Shown one piece after another: positions 20,434 to 29,933 of a stretch of DNA of 64,000 nt. The DNA lies in NCBI GenBank assembly GCA_040218735.1, contig JAVJQW010000067.1:224559-288558 (forward strand). Reading direction: 5' to 3'. The stretch comes from Deltaproteobacteria bacterium. Lineage in GTDB: Bacteria; Myxococcota; Kuafuiibacteriia; Kuafuiibacteriales; Kuafuiibacteriaceae. The notes beneath the pieces were generated by a model. It was not told where the DNA came from and did no database searches. It saw only the letters and a program-made list of their open reading frames with translations. Each line of letters starts with the position of its first letter. Position 1 is the stretch's first letter. The translations under genes and the position numbers were made by a program.

Positions 20434-21861
20434 ATGCGCACGTTCTTCAGGCACACGGCCGTCCTGCTCGCGCTGAGCGCGGGCACGGCGGAGGCGGCGT
20501 ATCCGACGAAGGTGATGTCGGCGTTGGAGGACGACAAGCGCCTCCCGGACATCCAGGTCGGTGTGGGCTACGACTTCTCGTCGAAGTCGGCGCAGATCAC
20601 GCGCGAGTGGGTGCAGGTCGACAACGCGGGGAACCGTTCCGCGATCGACGTCGCGGAGCTCGACTACGCCGAGCTCGTGCACCGTTTGAACATGGAGGTG
20701 CGGGTCGGGCTGTTCCGGGATCTGGAGCTGCACATCTACGCGCCGGTGGTGCTGTCGGACACTTCGGAGATCGGCTTCTCCGAGGGCGTCGCGGGGCGGT
20801 CGACGATCTTCGGGAGCGCGAACGCCAACGATCCGAACTTCGCGATGGGCGACAACTATCGGTTCCCGATCACGCAGGTGCCGGCGAAGCGCTCGCGGTC
20901 GGGGTTCGGGGACATGACGTTCGGTCTGTCGTGGTCCCCGTTGAACGACGCGAAGGACGAGGCGTACCCGACGATCACGTTGACGGGTGACATCACCGCG
21001 CCGACCGGCACGTGGCGTGACCCGCAGGACCAGGACGCGGCGTCGGGGAACGGCAGCGGCGGCGTGGGGCTCGGTCAGACGATCTTCGACCTCTCGATCG
21101 GGGCGTCGCGGCGCATGTTGAAGGGTGTGCCGGCGCTGGATCCGTACATGGTGTTCGGCGCGACGATCCCGGTGGCGACGAAGGTGCCGGAGCAGCTGGA
21201 GATGACGCCGCCGCCTTCGGGTCGGTTCATCGTCGGCACCGAGGTGGTCTTCCACGACGATCCGGAGGAGCGGGTTCGTTACTCGATCGATGTGTCGTTT
21301 GCGCTGAAGTACATCGGCATCGGGCGGACCTACAGCGAGCTGTCGGACTACCTCCCGGACTTCAACCAGAAGAAGGTCACGGACCCGTCGGGCGTGGGCC
21401 GCGACAGCGTGAACTACGACGACTACGCGGACCCGGCGAACTACGACGCGCGCGTGATGGGCAACTGCCTCGGCGTGGATCCGAACTCGGGCGTGACGCT
21501 GCTGCCGGGTGTGCCGTGCGGCGAGCTGAACCAGGTCGACGAGCACATGCGGATGACGGGTGCGATCACGGTGCACCTGCAGCCCTCGAAGTACTTCCTC
21601 CTCCGCGCGGGCGCCGCGCTCGGGTTCACGACGAACCACCTCATCACGGCGGAGAAGGTCGGCACGGACACGGACCCCGCGGACGCCAACAACATGGCGT
21701 GCGCCGGCGGCTGCGTCGGCCGCGTGAACGCGGTGAACTCGGCCGGCGTCGATGAGCGCTCGGTGCACTACGATCCGCGCTACGACACCCCGGGGCGCCG
21801 CTTCCGCGCCGAGGACATCCTCAACCTGATGCTGTTCCTGACGGCGAACCTCACCTTCTAG
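20434..21861 (+). CDS. hypothetical outer membrane beta-barrel-like protein
   Basis: Signal peptide MRTFFRHTAVLLALSAGTAEA; beta-rich; C-terminal Phe (ANLTF). Confidence 0.7.
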   Translation: MRTFFRHTAVLLALSAGTAEAAYPTKVMSALEDDKRLPDIQVGVGYDFSSKSAQITREWVQVDNAGNRSAIDVAELDYAELVHRLNMEVRVGLFRDLELHIYAPVVLSDTSEIGFSEGVAGRSTIFGSANANDPNFAMGDNYRFPITQVPAKRSRSGFGDMTFGLSWSPLNDAKDEAYPTITLTGDITAPTGTWRDPQDQDAASGNGSGGVGLGQTIFDLSIGASRRMLKGVPALDPYMVFGATIPVATKVPEQLEMTPPPSGRFIVGTEVVFHDDPEERVRYSIDVSFALKYIGIGRTYSELSDYLPDFNQKKVTDPSGVGRDSVNYDDYADPANYDARVMGNCLGVDPNSGVTLLPGVPCGELNQVDEHMRMTGAITVHLQPSKYFLLRAGAALGFTTNHLITAEKVGTDTDPADANNMACAGGCVGRVNAVNSAGVDERSVHYDPRYDTPGRRFRAEDILNLMLFLTANLTF

Positions 21862-22265
21862 CGACCGCCGCTTCGGAGGGTTCACGGGGAGACGGCGAGG
21901 ACGGGAGATGCCGTGCCTCGAAGTGATCGCATTCGCGCAGGCCCACCCTGTCCTTTTGCGTTTGGGCTCCTGGGACGCGGTCCGCATCGCCTCTGCACCT
22001 CCCTGTCCTCACTGCCTCCCTGTTGATTGTTCAGATCTGGGAAGCACGGCGCTCGAAGCCTTCTGAGCGACCGCCGCTTCGGAGGGTTCACAGGGAGACG
22101 GCGAGGACAAAAGATGCCGTGCCTCGAAGTGATCGCATTCGCGCAGGCCCACCCTGTCCTTTTGGGTTTGGGCTCCTGGGACGCGGTCCGCGTCGCCTCT
22201 GCACCTCCCTGTCCTCACTGCCTCCCTGTTGATTTTCAGGACGAGGAAGCGCGAGCGTCGAAGCC
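21860..22265. repeat. 206-bp-period tandem intergenic repeat x2
   Basis: 21860-22028 and 22066-22234 nearly identical (few substitutions); remainder of the units weakly similar. Confidence 0.95.
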
Positions 22266-22304
22266 CGTTGACACGGGATGCGGGCCTTTCGAGTTTCACC
22301 CTCG

Positions 22305-23138
22305 ATGTCGGTCGACGCCCTCACCCGCCGTGCCATCGCCCTCGCCCTGGAGGAGGACTTCGGGCCGGGCGACGTGACGTCCTCGTTGATCGACGCGGAC
22401 GCGACGGGACGCGCGACGGTGCGCGTGAAGTCGCCGCTGGTGTTGGCGGGTCAGGACGCGTTCACGGAGGTGTTCCGTCAGGTCGACGCGTCGATGACGG
22501 TGCGCTTCGACGTGCCGGACGGGACGGCGCTCGCGCCCGGCGACTCGGCGGGGGAGGTGTCGGGATCGGCGCGGTCGATCCTGATGGCGGAGCGCACGGC
22601 GCTGAACCTGTTGCAGCGGATGTGTGGGATCGCGTCGATGTCGCGGCGCGCGGCGGATGCGGTGGCCGGGACGAAGGCGCGCGTCGTCGACACGCGGAAA
22701 ACGACGCCGGCGTGGCGTGCGTTGGAGAAGGCGGCGGTGCGCGCGGGCGGTTGTCACAACCACCGCTTCGGGTTGTTCGACGGGGTGTTGATCAAGGACA
22801 ACCATGTCGCTTCGAAGGGCGGCGTGCGGGCGGCGATCGAGGCGGCGCGTGCGTCGGCGCATCACCTGCTGAAGATCGAGTGTGAGGTCGATTCGCTGGA
22901 GCAGCTCGAGGAGGCGCTCGCGGCCGGTGCGGACGTGGTGCTGCTCGACAACATGGACAACGCCACGATGACGGAGGCGGTGCGCATCACCGCGGGCCGC
23001 GCGATCCTGGAGGCGAGCGGTGGTGTGACGTTGGACCGGTTGCCGTCGATCGCGAAGACGGGTGTGGATCTCATCTCGATGGGCGCCCTGACCCACAGCG
23101 CGAAGGCGGCGGACATCTCGTTGGATTGGATCGCATGA
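22305..23138 (+). CDS. nadC: nicotinate-nucleotide diphosphorylase (carboxylating)
   Basis: ALEED..GDVTS, AERTALNLLQ, DTRKTTP, NHRFGLFDGVLIKDNH, LLDNM, EASGG, SMGALTHS. Confidence 0.97.
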   Translation: MSVDALTRRAIALALEEDFGPGDVTSSLIDADATGRATVRVKSPLVLAGQDAFTEVFRQVDASMTVRFDVPDGTALAPGDSAGEVSGSARSILMAERTALNLLQRMCGIASMSRRAADAVAGTKARVVDTRKTTPAWRALEKAAVRAGGCHNHRFGLFDGVLIKDNHVASKGGVRAAIEAARASAHHLLKIECEVDSLEQLEEALAAGADVVLLDNMDNATMTEAVRITAGRAILEASGGVTLDRLPSIAKTGVDLISMGALTHSAKAADISLDWIA

Positions 23139-23971
23139 AGGTCGTCGAGCCCGGCAGCCCGGATTGGTTGAAGCGGGCGTTCGACATCGAGCCGTACCTC
23201 GAGACGGAGCGCTTTGCGCGTCTGGTCGAGGTGGTGTCTTCGCTCGACAGCACCAACGCGCGCGCGAAGATCTTGGCGCGCGAGGGGGCGTCGCACGGGC
23301 TCGCGGTGGTGGCGTTCGAGCAGACGGCGGGGCGCGGTCAGCGGGGGCACACGTGGTTCAGCCCGCCGGGCGCGGGGTTGTACGTGTCGTTCGTGGCGCG
23401 GCCGAAGTTGGTGCCGCGGATGGCGCCGACGTTGACGTTGGTCGCGGGCCTGGCGGCGCGGGACGCGTTGGCGCAGTTCACGGAGGCGCGGCTGGCGATC
23501 AAGTGGCCGAACGACGTCATCGTGGCGAGCGGTCCCGAGCGCGGGCGGAAGCTGGCGGGGATCTTGGTCGAGGCGTCGGCGGACAACTTCAAGATCGATC
23601 ACGCGGTGCTGGGGTTCGGGGCGAACCTGTTCGCGGTGGACTACCCTTCGGAGATCACGTCGCGGGCGACGTCGTTGGAGGCGTTGGGCTCGCGGGAGTT
23701 GTCGCACGCGCGGGTGTTGGCGGCGTTGGCGGACGAGCTGGAGGCGCGTCTGGACGACGCGGATTCGCGGGGCCTGGAGGTCGCGGCGAAGGACTGGAGC
23801 CGGCATGCGCTGGGGCGCGGCGAGGCGGTGACGGTGGTCGCGGAGGACGGTGAGACCCGGGGGATTCTGCGGGGGATCGCCGAGGACGGGGCGTTGTTGT
23901 TGGCCACGGCGGACGGGACGAAGGCGATTTACCGGGGCCAGCTGGCGGTCGAGGGCGTGCCCCCGAGATGA
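23135..23971 (+). CDS. birA: biotin--[acetyl-CoA-carboxylase] ligase
   Basis: DSTN, QTAGRGQRGHTWFSP, IKWPNDV, KLAGILVE; no N-terminal HTH. Confidence 0.95.
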   Translation: MKVVEPGSPDWLKRAFDIEPYLETERFARLVEVVSSLDSTNARAKILAREGASHGLAVVAFEQTAGRGQRGHTWFSPPGAGLYVSFVARPKLVPRMAPTLTLVAGLAARDALAQFTEARLAIKWPNDVIVASGPERGRKLAGILVEASADNFKIDHAVLGFGANLFAVDYPSEITSRATSLEALGSRELSHARVLAALADELEARLDDADSRGLEVAAKDWSRHALGRGEAVTVVAEDGETRGILRGIAEDGALLLATADGTKAIYRGQLAVEGVPPR

Positions 23972-24011
23972 CACACACCTTCAGGTGAGGTTCGGCCGAT
24001 AACCCTCGGCG

Positions 24012-25130
24012 ATGACGACGATGCCCGCACGCCCGACGCCTTCCGAGTTCTCGCAGGCGGTGGTGACGGAGGTGGTAGAGCCCGCGCTGGAGGCCGTCTC
24101 CGGCACCGACGGGCGAACGAGCCGCAGCGAGGCGGGTCGGATCGCGGGGTTGTCGGGGCGGCCGGCGCTGGCGGGTCCGGCGGTGGATGCGTACTTCGAT
24201 TCGACGGGGTACGGCTCTTCGAAGACCACGCGGGTCGCGGACGGGATCTCGGCGGCGACGATGCAGGATGCGTCGCGGGCGCGGCGTTCGGACGGGACGG
24301 TGGATCCGCGGCGGCTGCCGGCGCGGTTGCAGGTGCTCTACCGCGAGCTGGGGGGTGCGGAGGCGTCGTCGCGGCCGCGTTATTCGCAGGCGGTGGTGGA
24401 CCGGTTGATGGGTCAGTACGGTCTGACGGACGAGGCGGCGTTCATCGCGGAGGCGCGGCGGCACGACGACGGCAACGGTTACCTGAAGACGTCGGAGCTC
24501 GAGGCGGCGGCGCGGGTGTTGAGCGGTGCGGCGCACGACTTGGGAATCATTTCGGACCTCGACAAGACGATCATCCCGGAGCACGGCGACACGTTGCCGG
24601 CGAGCCCTTACCCTGGCATCGCGCAGCTGTTGGTGGAGTTGGAGGGGGTCGACGGGAACGCGGGTGACCTGACGTTCGTGACGGCGAGGACCCCGGACAG
24701 CGCGGCGCCGGTGCCTCAGTGGTTGCGTCGGCACGGTGTCCCGGAGGGGCCGATCGAGACGGGGGTCTCGGGGGTGCCGTGGGTCGCGCGTCGGGAGAAG
24801 GTGGCCGACATCTCGCGGGCCTTCGATGCGAGCCCGGACAAGTCGTTCGTGCTCTTCGGCGACAGCAGCCACGTCGACCCGGACGCCTACCGCGACATCG
24901 TCGCGAAGTACGGCGACCGCGTCCGCGCGGCCTTCATCCACCGCGTCACGAACAACGTCGACCCGGCGCGGGTCGAGGGCCTGCACCTGATCGAAAACTA
25001 CGCGGAGGCGGCGGCGGTGCTCTTGGGGGCGGGTGTCCTGGACCGCGCCGCTGCAGAACGCGTTATGGTGGCCGCGCAGATCAACGGCCTGGATATCACG
25101 GACCGGCAGATCGAGCGCCTCCTCGGGTAG
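24012..25130 (+). CDS. App1/DUF2183-like HAD-fold phosphatase with N-terminal extension
   Basis: GIISDLDKTI, FVTAR, FVLFGDSSHVDPDAY, AAFIHRV; EF-hand-like DDGNGYLKTSE upstream. Confidence 0.75.
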   Translation: MTTMPARPTPSEFSQAVVTEVVEPALEAVSGTDGRTSRSEAGRIAGLSGRPALAGPAVDAYFDSTGYGSSKTTRVADGISAATMQDASRARRSDGTVDPRRLPARLQVLYRELGGAEASSRPRYSQAVVDRLMGQYGLTDEAAFIAEARRHDDGNGYLKTSELEAAARVLSGAAHDLGIISDLDKTIIPEHGDTLPASPYPGIAQLLVELEGVDGNAGDLTFVTARTPDSAAPVPQWLRRHGVPEGPIETGVSGVPWVARREKVADISRAFDASPDKSFVLFGDSSHVDPDAYRDIVAKYGDRVRAAFIHRVTNNVDPARVEGLHLIENYAEAAAVLLGAGVLDRAAAERVMVAAQINGLDITDRQIERLLG

Positions 25131-25172
25131 TGCTTGATTCGTCCGGAGCGATGTGGTTCATACGTCGCTCGC

Positions 25173-25247
<75 letters not shown>

Positions 25248-25251
25248 TCAC

Positions 25252-25293
25252 AAGGGCTCGGTATCGTTCATGATACCGGGCCCTTCGTCGTTT
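25252..25293 (+). terminator. hairpin after the tRNA (putative terminator)
   Basis: AAGGGCTCGGTATC-GTTCAT-GATACCGGGCCCTT followed by CGTCGTTT. Confidence 0.6.
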
Positions 25294-25542
25294 GGAGCGC
25301 CGGGTCCGACGAGCGCTCTGGGCCAGTCTTGGGCCACTTACACCTCGACGGATTCGAGACCGTCGTAAGTCGCACCGTCACGGAGCGGGCGCACGTAAGT
25401 CCCCGGCGGCGTCGTGCGACTTGCGGCGATCGCGGCGTAAGTCGGGCTGCGCGGCGACGTGCCGCGACGACTTGCGAGTCGAGCACCACGCCCAGGATCC
25501 CGCACGGATACCCGTCCAGCCGGCTCAGCTAGGAGTCGACAC

Positions 25543-26673
25543 GTGACGAGGAAGAACACCAAGAGACGAAGCAAGACCAACAAGCCCATCCAACACGGGA
25601 GCGCCTGGCGCATCCGCTGGACCGACGAGCACGGCAAGCGCCGTAGCGAGACCTTCGGCGATCGCGAAGACGCAGCGTTCCAGCTGAACCGCCGGCTCGT
25701 CGCGGTCGAGGAGCGAAGGCGCGGCCTACGAGCCTTGAGCCCCGCCCGGAAGACGTTCGCGGAGGCCGCGGATCTCTGGCTGGAGGTGAAGCACGCGAAG
25801 CGAAGCCTCGCCACCGACAGGAGCTTCCTCCGGTGCCACCTGCTCCCAGAGTTCGGCGACGTGGAGCTACGCGAGATCGGCGCTCGCGAGGCGGCGCGTT
25901 ACGAGAAGACGCGAGCGGGCCGGCTCGCCCCGAACACAATCTACCTCCACCTGTCGCTGCTGATCTCGATCCTCCGGTTGGCGCACCAGGAGGAGTGGCT
26001 CGGCAAGGTCCCGGCGATCAAGAAGCCGAAGCCCACGCTGAGGCAGCACACCGAGGTCGACGCTGCGGGCGTACCGCACGAACGCTTCCCGCACTTGGAG
26101 ACGCAGGACGAGATCCAGCGGTTCCTCGACGCCGCACGTGAACAGGACCCGCTGGTCTTCGTGCTCTACGCGGTGCCCATCTACTCGGGGCTCCGCCTCG
26201 GCGAGGTCTGCGGCCTGACGGTCGCAAGCCTCGACTTCGACGGTCGAGTGATGCGCATCCACCGGAGCTACGGCGGGCCGACCAAGACCGCGAAGAGCCG
26301 CGTCGTGCCGATCCTCGACCCCCTGCTTCCGCTCCTGCGCGCGCGGGCGAACCAGATCGGATCCGGGCTCCTCTTCCCGAACCAAGGTGGCGGGCTCCTC
26401 CGCCGAGACGCCCCCTACTTCCGCAAAGCCCGCTACTTCGGCCGCACGCTCGAAGCGGCCGGCTTCCCGGACGACTACATCACGTACCACGACCTGCGGC
26501 ACACGTTCGCGTCGCACTGGATGCGCAACGGCGGTTGCATCTACCGGCTCCAGAGCATCCTCGGACACAGCTCTCCAAAGATGACCCAGCGGTACGCGCA
26601 CCTGGCCCCGGACGTGTTCAAGGACGACCTCGACCGCCTGCCGAGCCTCCAGCCCGCTCTTCGGGCGGTGTAG
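25543..26673 (+). CDS. tyrosine recombinase / phage-type integrase
   Basis: AGGAG RBS and GTG; arm-binding WRIRWTDEHGKRR; catalytic R (GLRLGE), K (TKT), HDLRH, LGHS, TQRYAH. Confidence 0.95.
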   Translation: MTRKNTKRRSKTNKPIQHGSAWRIRWTDEHGKRRSETFGDREDAAFQLNRRLVAVEERRRGLRALSPARKTFAEAADLWLEVKHAKRSLATDRSFLRCHLLPEFGDVELREIGAREAARYEKTRAGRLAPNTIYLHLSLLISILRLAHQEEWLGKVPAIKKPKPTLRQHTEVDAAGVPHERFPHLETQDEIQRFLDAAREQDPLVFVLYAVPIYSGLRLGEVCGLTVASLDFDGRVMRIHRSYGGPTKTAKSRVVPILDPLLPLLRARANQIGSGLLFPNQGGGLLRRDAPYFRKARYFGRTLEAAGFPDDYITYHDLRHTFASHWMRNGGCIYRLQSILGHSSPKMTQRYAHLAPDVFKDDLDRLPSLQPALRAV

Positions 26674-26683
26674 CTGTTCTCCG

Positions 26684-28378
26684 TCAGAACTCCAGGTGGT
26701 GAACCGCTGCCGCCGCTGCCGCTTCCAGAGAGTTCTTGGCCTTCGCGAGGCGCCGCTCTAGCCGGTCGAGCAGCGCCCTTAGCTCGTCCACTTTGTTCGC
26801 GATTCGGTCCTGTTCGGCCGATGGAGGAACTGGCACGCGGATGAGTTTCAGCTTCTCCGCCTTGATTCCGGTGGCGGTCATTCCGGTCGCTCGTTCCGCC
26901 AATCTCGCCTGGAACCATGGACTGAGGAGCACCCACATCATGTAGCGCGTATCGATCGTGCCGTAGGGCTGGAGGTCGATGATGCGTTGAGCGAGTGCAA
27001 ACCGGTCCCCAATGTCGACCAACGCAGCCTTGCCCATCGGTGCCTCCGTCGTGAACAGGATGTCGCCGGGCCGTGGGATGCCGCGTGTCATCCACTCATC
27101 GTACGTTGAAGGCGCCACGTACTCGCGCGGTTCCTCTTTGACATAGCCATCGCGGACGTTCTTCGCCGTAATCAGCAGGACGCCGGATTCGGTCTTCCGC
27201 GGCGTCTTGCCTCGGTAGTCAATGAATCGAAAGAGGTCTTGGAGAGGAGCCCAGGCCCAGCCATTTGGAAGTTCGTCGGCCTCATGGAAGTCGGCACGGT
27301 CTCGTGCGAACCGCGCCTTCTTCTGTGCAAGCGCTTCTTGTCTTGCCTTCGCGACGTGCCCCAGCAACGTCTCTGCCGACTCGTCGTTCGGGTCCTGGGG
27401 CACGAGGCGCCCGCGTACCGCGAGCTGGAGAACGGTCTGGCGGAGGGGCTCGACATCGGCGGGGTCGGTGAACAGCTCGTGGATGTGGCTCGCGATGCGC
27501 GCCCAAGCAACCTCGACCTCCTCCGGCGTGTCGGCGTCCTGGAGTGCGGCGAGCGCGGCGTCCCGCAGCGCGGCGCGGGTGCCCTCGCGAGCGTTCCGAG
27601 CGGCCTCCAGCCGGTTGAGCAACCCCATCAGCTCATCGACCCGGCCAACAATGCGCCGCTGCTCAGCAAGAGGAGGAACCGGCAGCAAAGCTCGATTGAG
27701 CTTGGTCAGCGTTACGCGCTGGATTGCGCTGCCGGACATCGCACCACGGACTTGGTCGTAGAAGAACGGTGAGCGCATTGCCCAGCAGGCCCACCAGGCG
27801 TCGAACAGTCCACCGACCTTCAGGAGTCCTACGCTGGACAAGAGGCTGAAAGGCCGGTCCAGATCGTTCACGGTTACGACACCCGTCGTCGCTCCATCCT
27901 TGACGTAGAGCACGTCGCCAAGTTCGGGGTCACAGCGGGCGAATATCTCGTCGTGAACGTGGGTCGAAACGTAGGTGATATCGCGAAGCGACACACCGTC
28001 CTCCTTGATATTCTTCGCGGTAACGTAGAGGTGGTCACCAACCGGGCCATTGGGAGGAGAGTGATGCGTACCGTCGGAGATCTTGATGAAGAGTGTGCCC
28101 AGTCTCGCCCACCGCCAGCCCGGGGGTAACTCAAACTGGATATCCTCACCCGTAATGAGCGGCAGCTTCTTTGATCTACGAAGCCGACCCGCCTCCACGA
28201 GCGCAGCTCGACGCGCCTCTACCCGTTCTAGTAGGGCGGTTGCGGGCTCATCATTCGAGTGCTGAGCCACCAGCTTTCCGCGAACTGCAAGCTCAAGCAC
28301 CAGCTCGCGCACTCGCATGATGCCGTCAGCCGCCTCCGCCAGCTTGTCAAAGGCCGCGATCAGGTCGTGCGGCGTCAC
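26684..28378 (-). CDS. hsdS: type I restriction-modification specificity subunit
   Basis: GTG 28378 overlaps hsdM stop; two TRDs starting LPPGWRW / LPNGWAW, PVPPLAEQRRIV / PVPPSAEQDRIA, duplicated LAVRG(K/R)LV.Q..NDE. Confidence 0.93.
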   Translation of the reverse strand: MTPHDLIAAFDKLAEAADGIMRVRELVLELAVRGKLVAQHSNDEPATALLERVEARRAALVEAGRLRRSKKLPLITGEDIQFELPPGWRWARLGTLFIKISDGTHHSPPNGPVGDHLYVTAKNIKEDGVSLRDITYVSTHVHDEIFARCDPELGDVLYVKDGATTGVVTVNDLDRPFSLLSSVGLLKVGGLFDAWWACWAMRSPFFYDQVRGAMSGSAIQRVTLTKLNRALLPVPPLAEQRRIVGRVDELMGLLNRLEAARNAREGTRAALRDAALAALQDADTPEEVEVAWARIASHIHELFTDPADVEPLRQTVLQLAVRGRLVPQDPNDESAETLLGHVAKARQEALAQKKARFARDRADFHEADELPNGWAWAPLQDLFRFIDYRGKTPRKTESGVLLITAKNVRDGYVKEEPREYVAPSTYDEWMTRGIPRPGDILFTTEAPMGKAALVDIGDRFALAQRIIDLQPYGTIDTRYMMWVLLSPWFQARLAERATGMTATGIKAEKLKLIRVPVPPSAEQDRIANKVDELRALLDRLERRLAKAKNSLEAAAAAAVHHLEF

Positions 28379-29907
28379 GACGCCTCCCCAAGGAGCGCGT
28401 CCGCGAGCGCCTGCCGCAGCTCTTCGCGCAGCGCGGTCGCCGCAGCGCGCTCCTTCTCGAAGCGCGCCAGCAGCTCCTCCGGGTCCTCGTGCATGGCCTC
28501 GGGTGCCCGGGGGTTGGGGATGTCGAGGTTGAAGCCGCGGGCCCGGATGTCGTCGATGCTCACTCGCCAGGCGAGGTCCGTCTCCATCCGGTCGTTCCAC
28601 CACGCCTTCTCGGCCTCGAACTCCTCGATGCGCATCGGCTTGGTCTTCGAGTAGCTCTTGTAGCCCTCGGGGTACGGGTGCTCGTAGTACCAGACCTCCT
28701 TCGTCGGGCGGCCCTTCTCGAAGAACAGCACGTTGGTCTTGATGCTCGTGTACGGCGCGAACACTCCCTTGGGCAGGCGTACGATCGTGTGCAGGTCGCA
28801 CTCGGTCATGAGCCGTTCCTTGATGCGCGTCTTGACGCCTTCGCCGAACAACGTCCCGTCGGGCAGCACCACCGCGGCCCGGCCGCCCGGCTTGAGCCGC
28901 TCGATGATCAGGACCAAGAACAGGTCCGCGGTCTCTCGGGTGCGGAACTCCGCGGGGAAGTTGCTCTCGATGCCGTCTTCTTCCATGCCGCCGAACGGTG
29001 GGTTCGTGACCACGACCTCGACTCGATCCTTCATCGTGATGTCGCGGAGCGGACGCGCAAGGGTGTTGTCGTGCATGATGCCGGTGGGCACATCGATCCC
29101 GTGCACGATCATGTTGGTGACGGCGAGGAGGTGCGGAAGCGGCTTCTTCTCGACCCCCTGAATGCTGCCTTGAAGGCGTAGCTCCTGCTTGGCAGTCTTC
29201 ACCTCGCGAGCCCGGATGTGCTCGACGGCGCAAGCAAGGAAGCCGCCCGTGCCGCACGCCGGATCGAGCACCTTCTCTCCGAGGCGCGGGTTCACCATGT
29301 CGACGGCGAACTGCGTGACGGCGCGCGGCGTGTAGAACTCGCCGGCATTGCCCGCGCTCTGGAGGTCCTTGAGGATCTTCTCGTAGACGTCGCCGAAGAG
29401 GTGGCGGCTCGTCGCGCTGTTGAAGTCGATGCTGCCCTGGATGGCGTTGATGACCTGCCGCAGCAAGGTACCGGACTTCATGTACTGGTAAGCGTCCTCG
29501 AACACGCTGCGCACCAGCAGGCGGCGTTGGCGGAGCCGACGCGCGGCCTCGGCCTCCGCGTCGTCGCCTTCGATCTTGGGCCCCACCTCGATGTTCTTGA
29601 GGGCGGGGAAGAGCGTGCCGTTGGCGAAGTCGAGCAGCTCGTCCCCGGTCATCCCTTCGGGATCCTCGGCCCAGGCCGACCAGCGCAGGTCCTCGTGGGT
29701 CCAACTGTCGTTCGCGTCCTGCCACGTCACATCGACGAGAGGCGACTGGAAGCCCTCCTCGACGAGTTCCAGCTCCTTCTCGCGGTCGTTCCAGATCTTG
29801 AGGAACAGCAGCCAGACCATCTGGCCAATGCGCTGGGCGTCGCCGTCGACGCCGACGTCCTTGCGCATGATGTCTTGGATCGACTTGATCGTGGTGTTGA
29901 GCGACAC
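28375..29907 (-). CDS. hsdM: type I R-M N6-adenine methyltransferase subunit
   Basis: GEFYTPR, DPACGTGGF, TNPPFGG; IQDIMRKDVGVDGDAQR N-terminus (EcoAI/EcoEI-like). Confidence 0.96.
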   Translation of the reverse strand: MSLNTTIKSIQDIMRKDVGVDGDAQRIGQMVWLLFLKIWNDREKELELVEEGFQSPLVDVTWQDANDSWTHEDLRWSAWAEDPEGMTGDELLDFANGTLFPALKNIEVGPKIEGDDAEAEAARRLRQRRLLVRSVFEDAYQYMKSGTLLRQVINAIQGSIDFNSATSRHLFGDVYEKILKDLQSAGNAGEFYTPRAVTQFAVDMVNPRLGEKVLDPACGTGGFLACAVEHIRAREVKTAKQELRLQGSIQGVEKKPLPHLLAVTNMIVHGIDVPTGIMHDNTLARPLRDITMKDRVEVVVTNPPFGGMEEDGIESNFPAEFRTRETADLFLVLIIERLKPGGRAAVVLPDGTLFGEGVKTRIKERLMTECDLHTIVRLPKGVFAPYTSIKTNVLFFEKGRPTKEVWYYEHPYPEGYKSYSKTKPMRIEEFEAEKAWWNDRMETDLAWRVSIDDIRARGFNLDIPNPRAPEAMHEDPEELLARFEKERAAATALREELRQALADALLGEAS

Positions 29908-29933
29908 GTGAGGCTCCGGGCGGGGAGCCTAGC

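Noticed and set aside
21860-22265. CRISPR array (also considered for 1527-1694)
   Set aside because: Only two long units, no unique spacers, no cas genes
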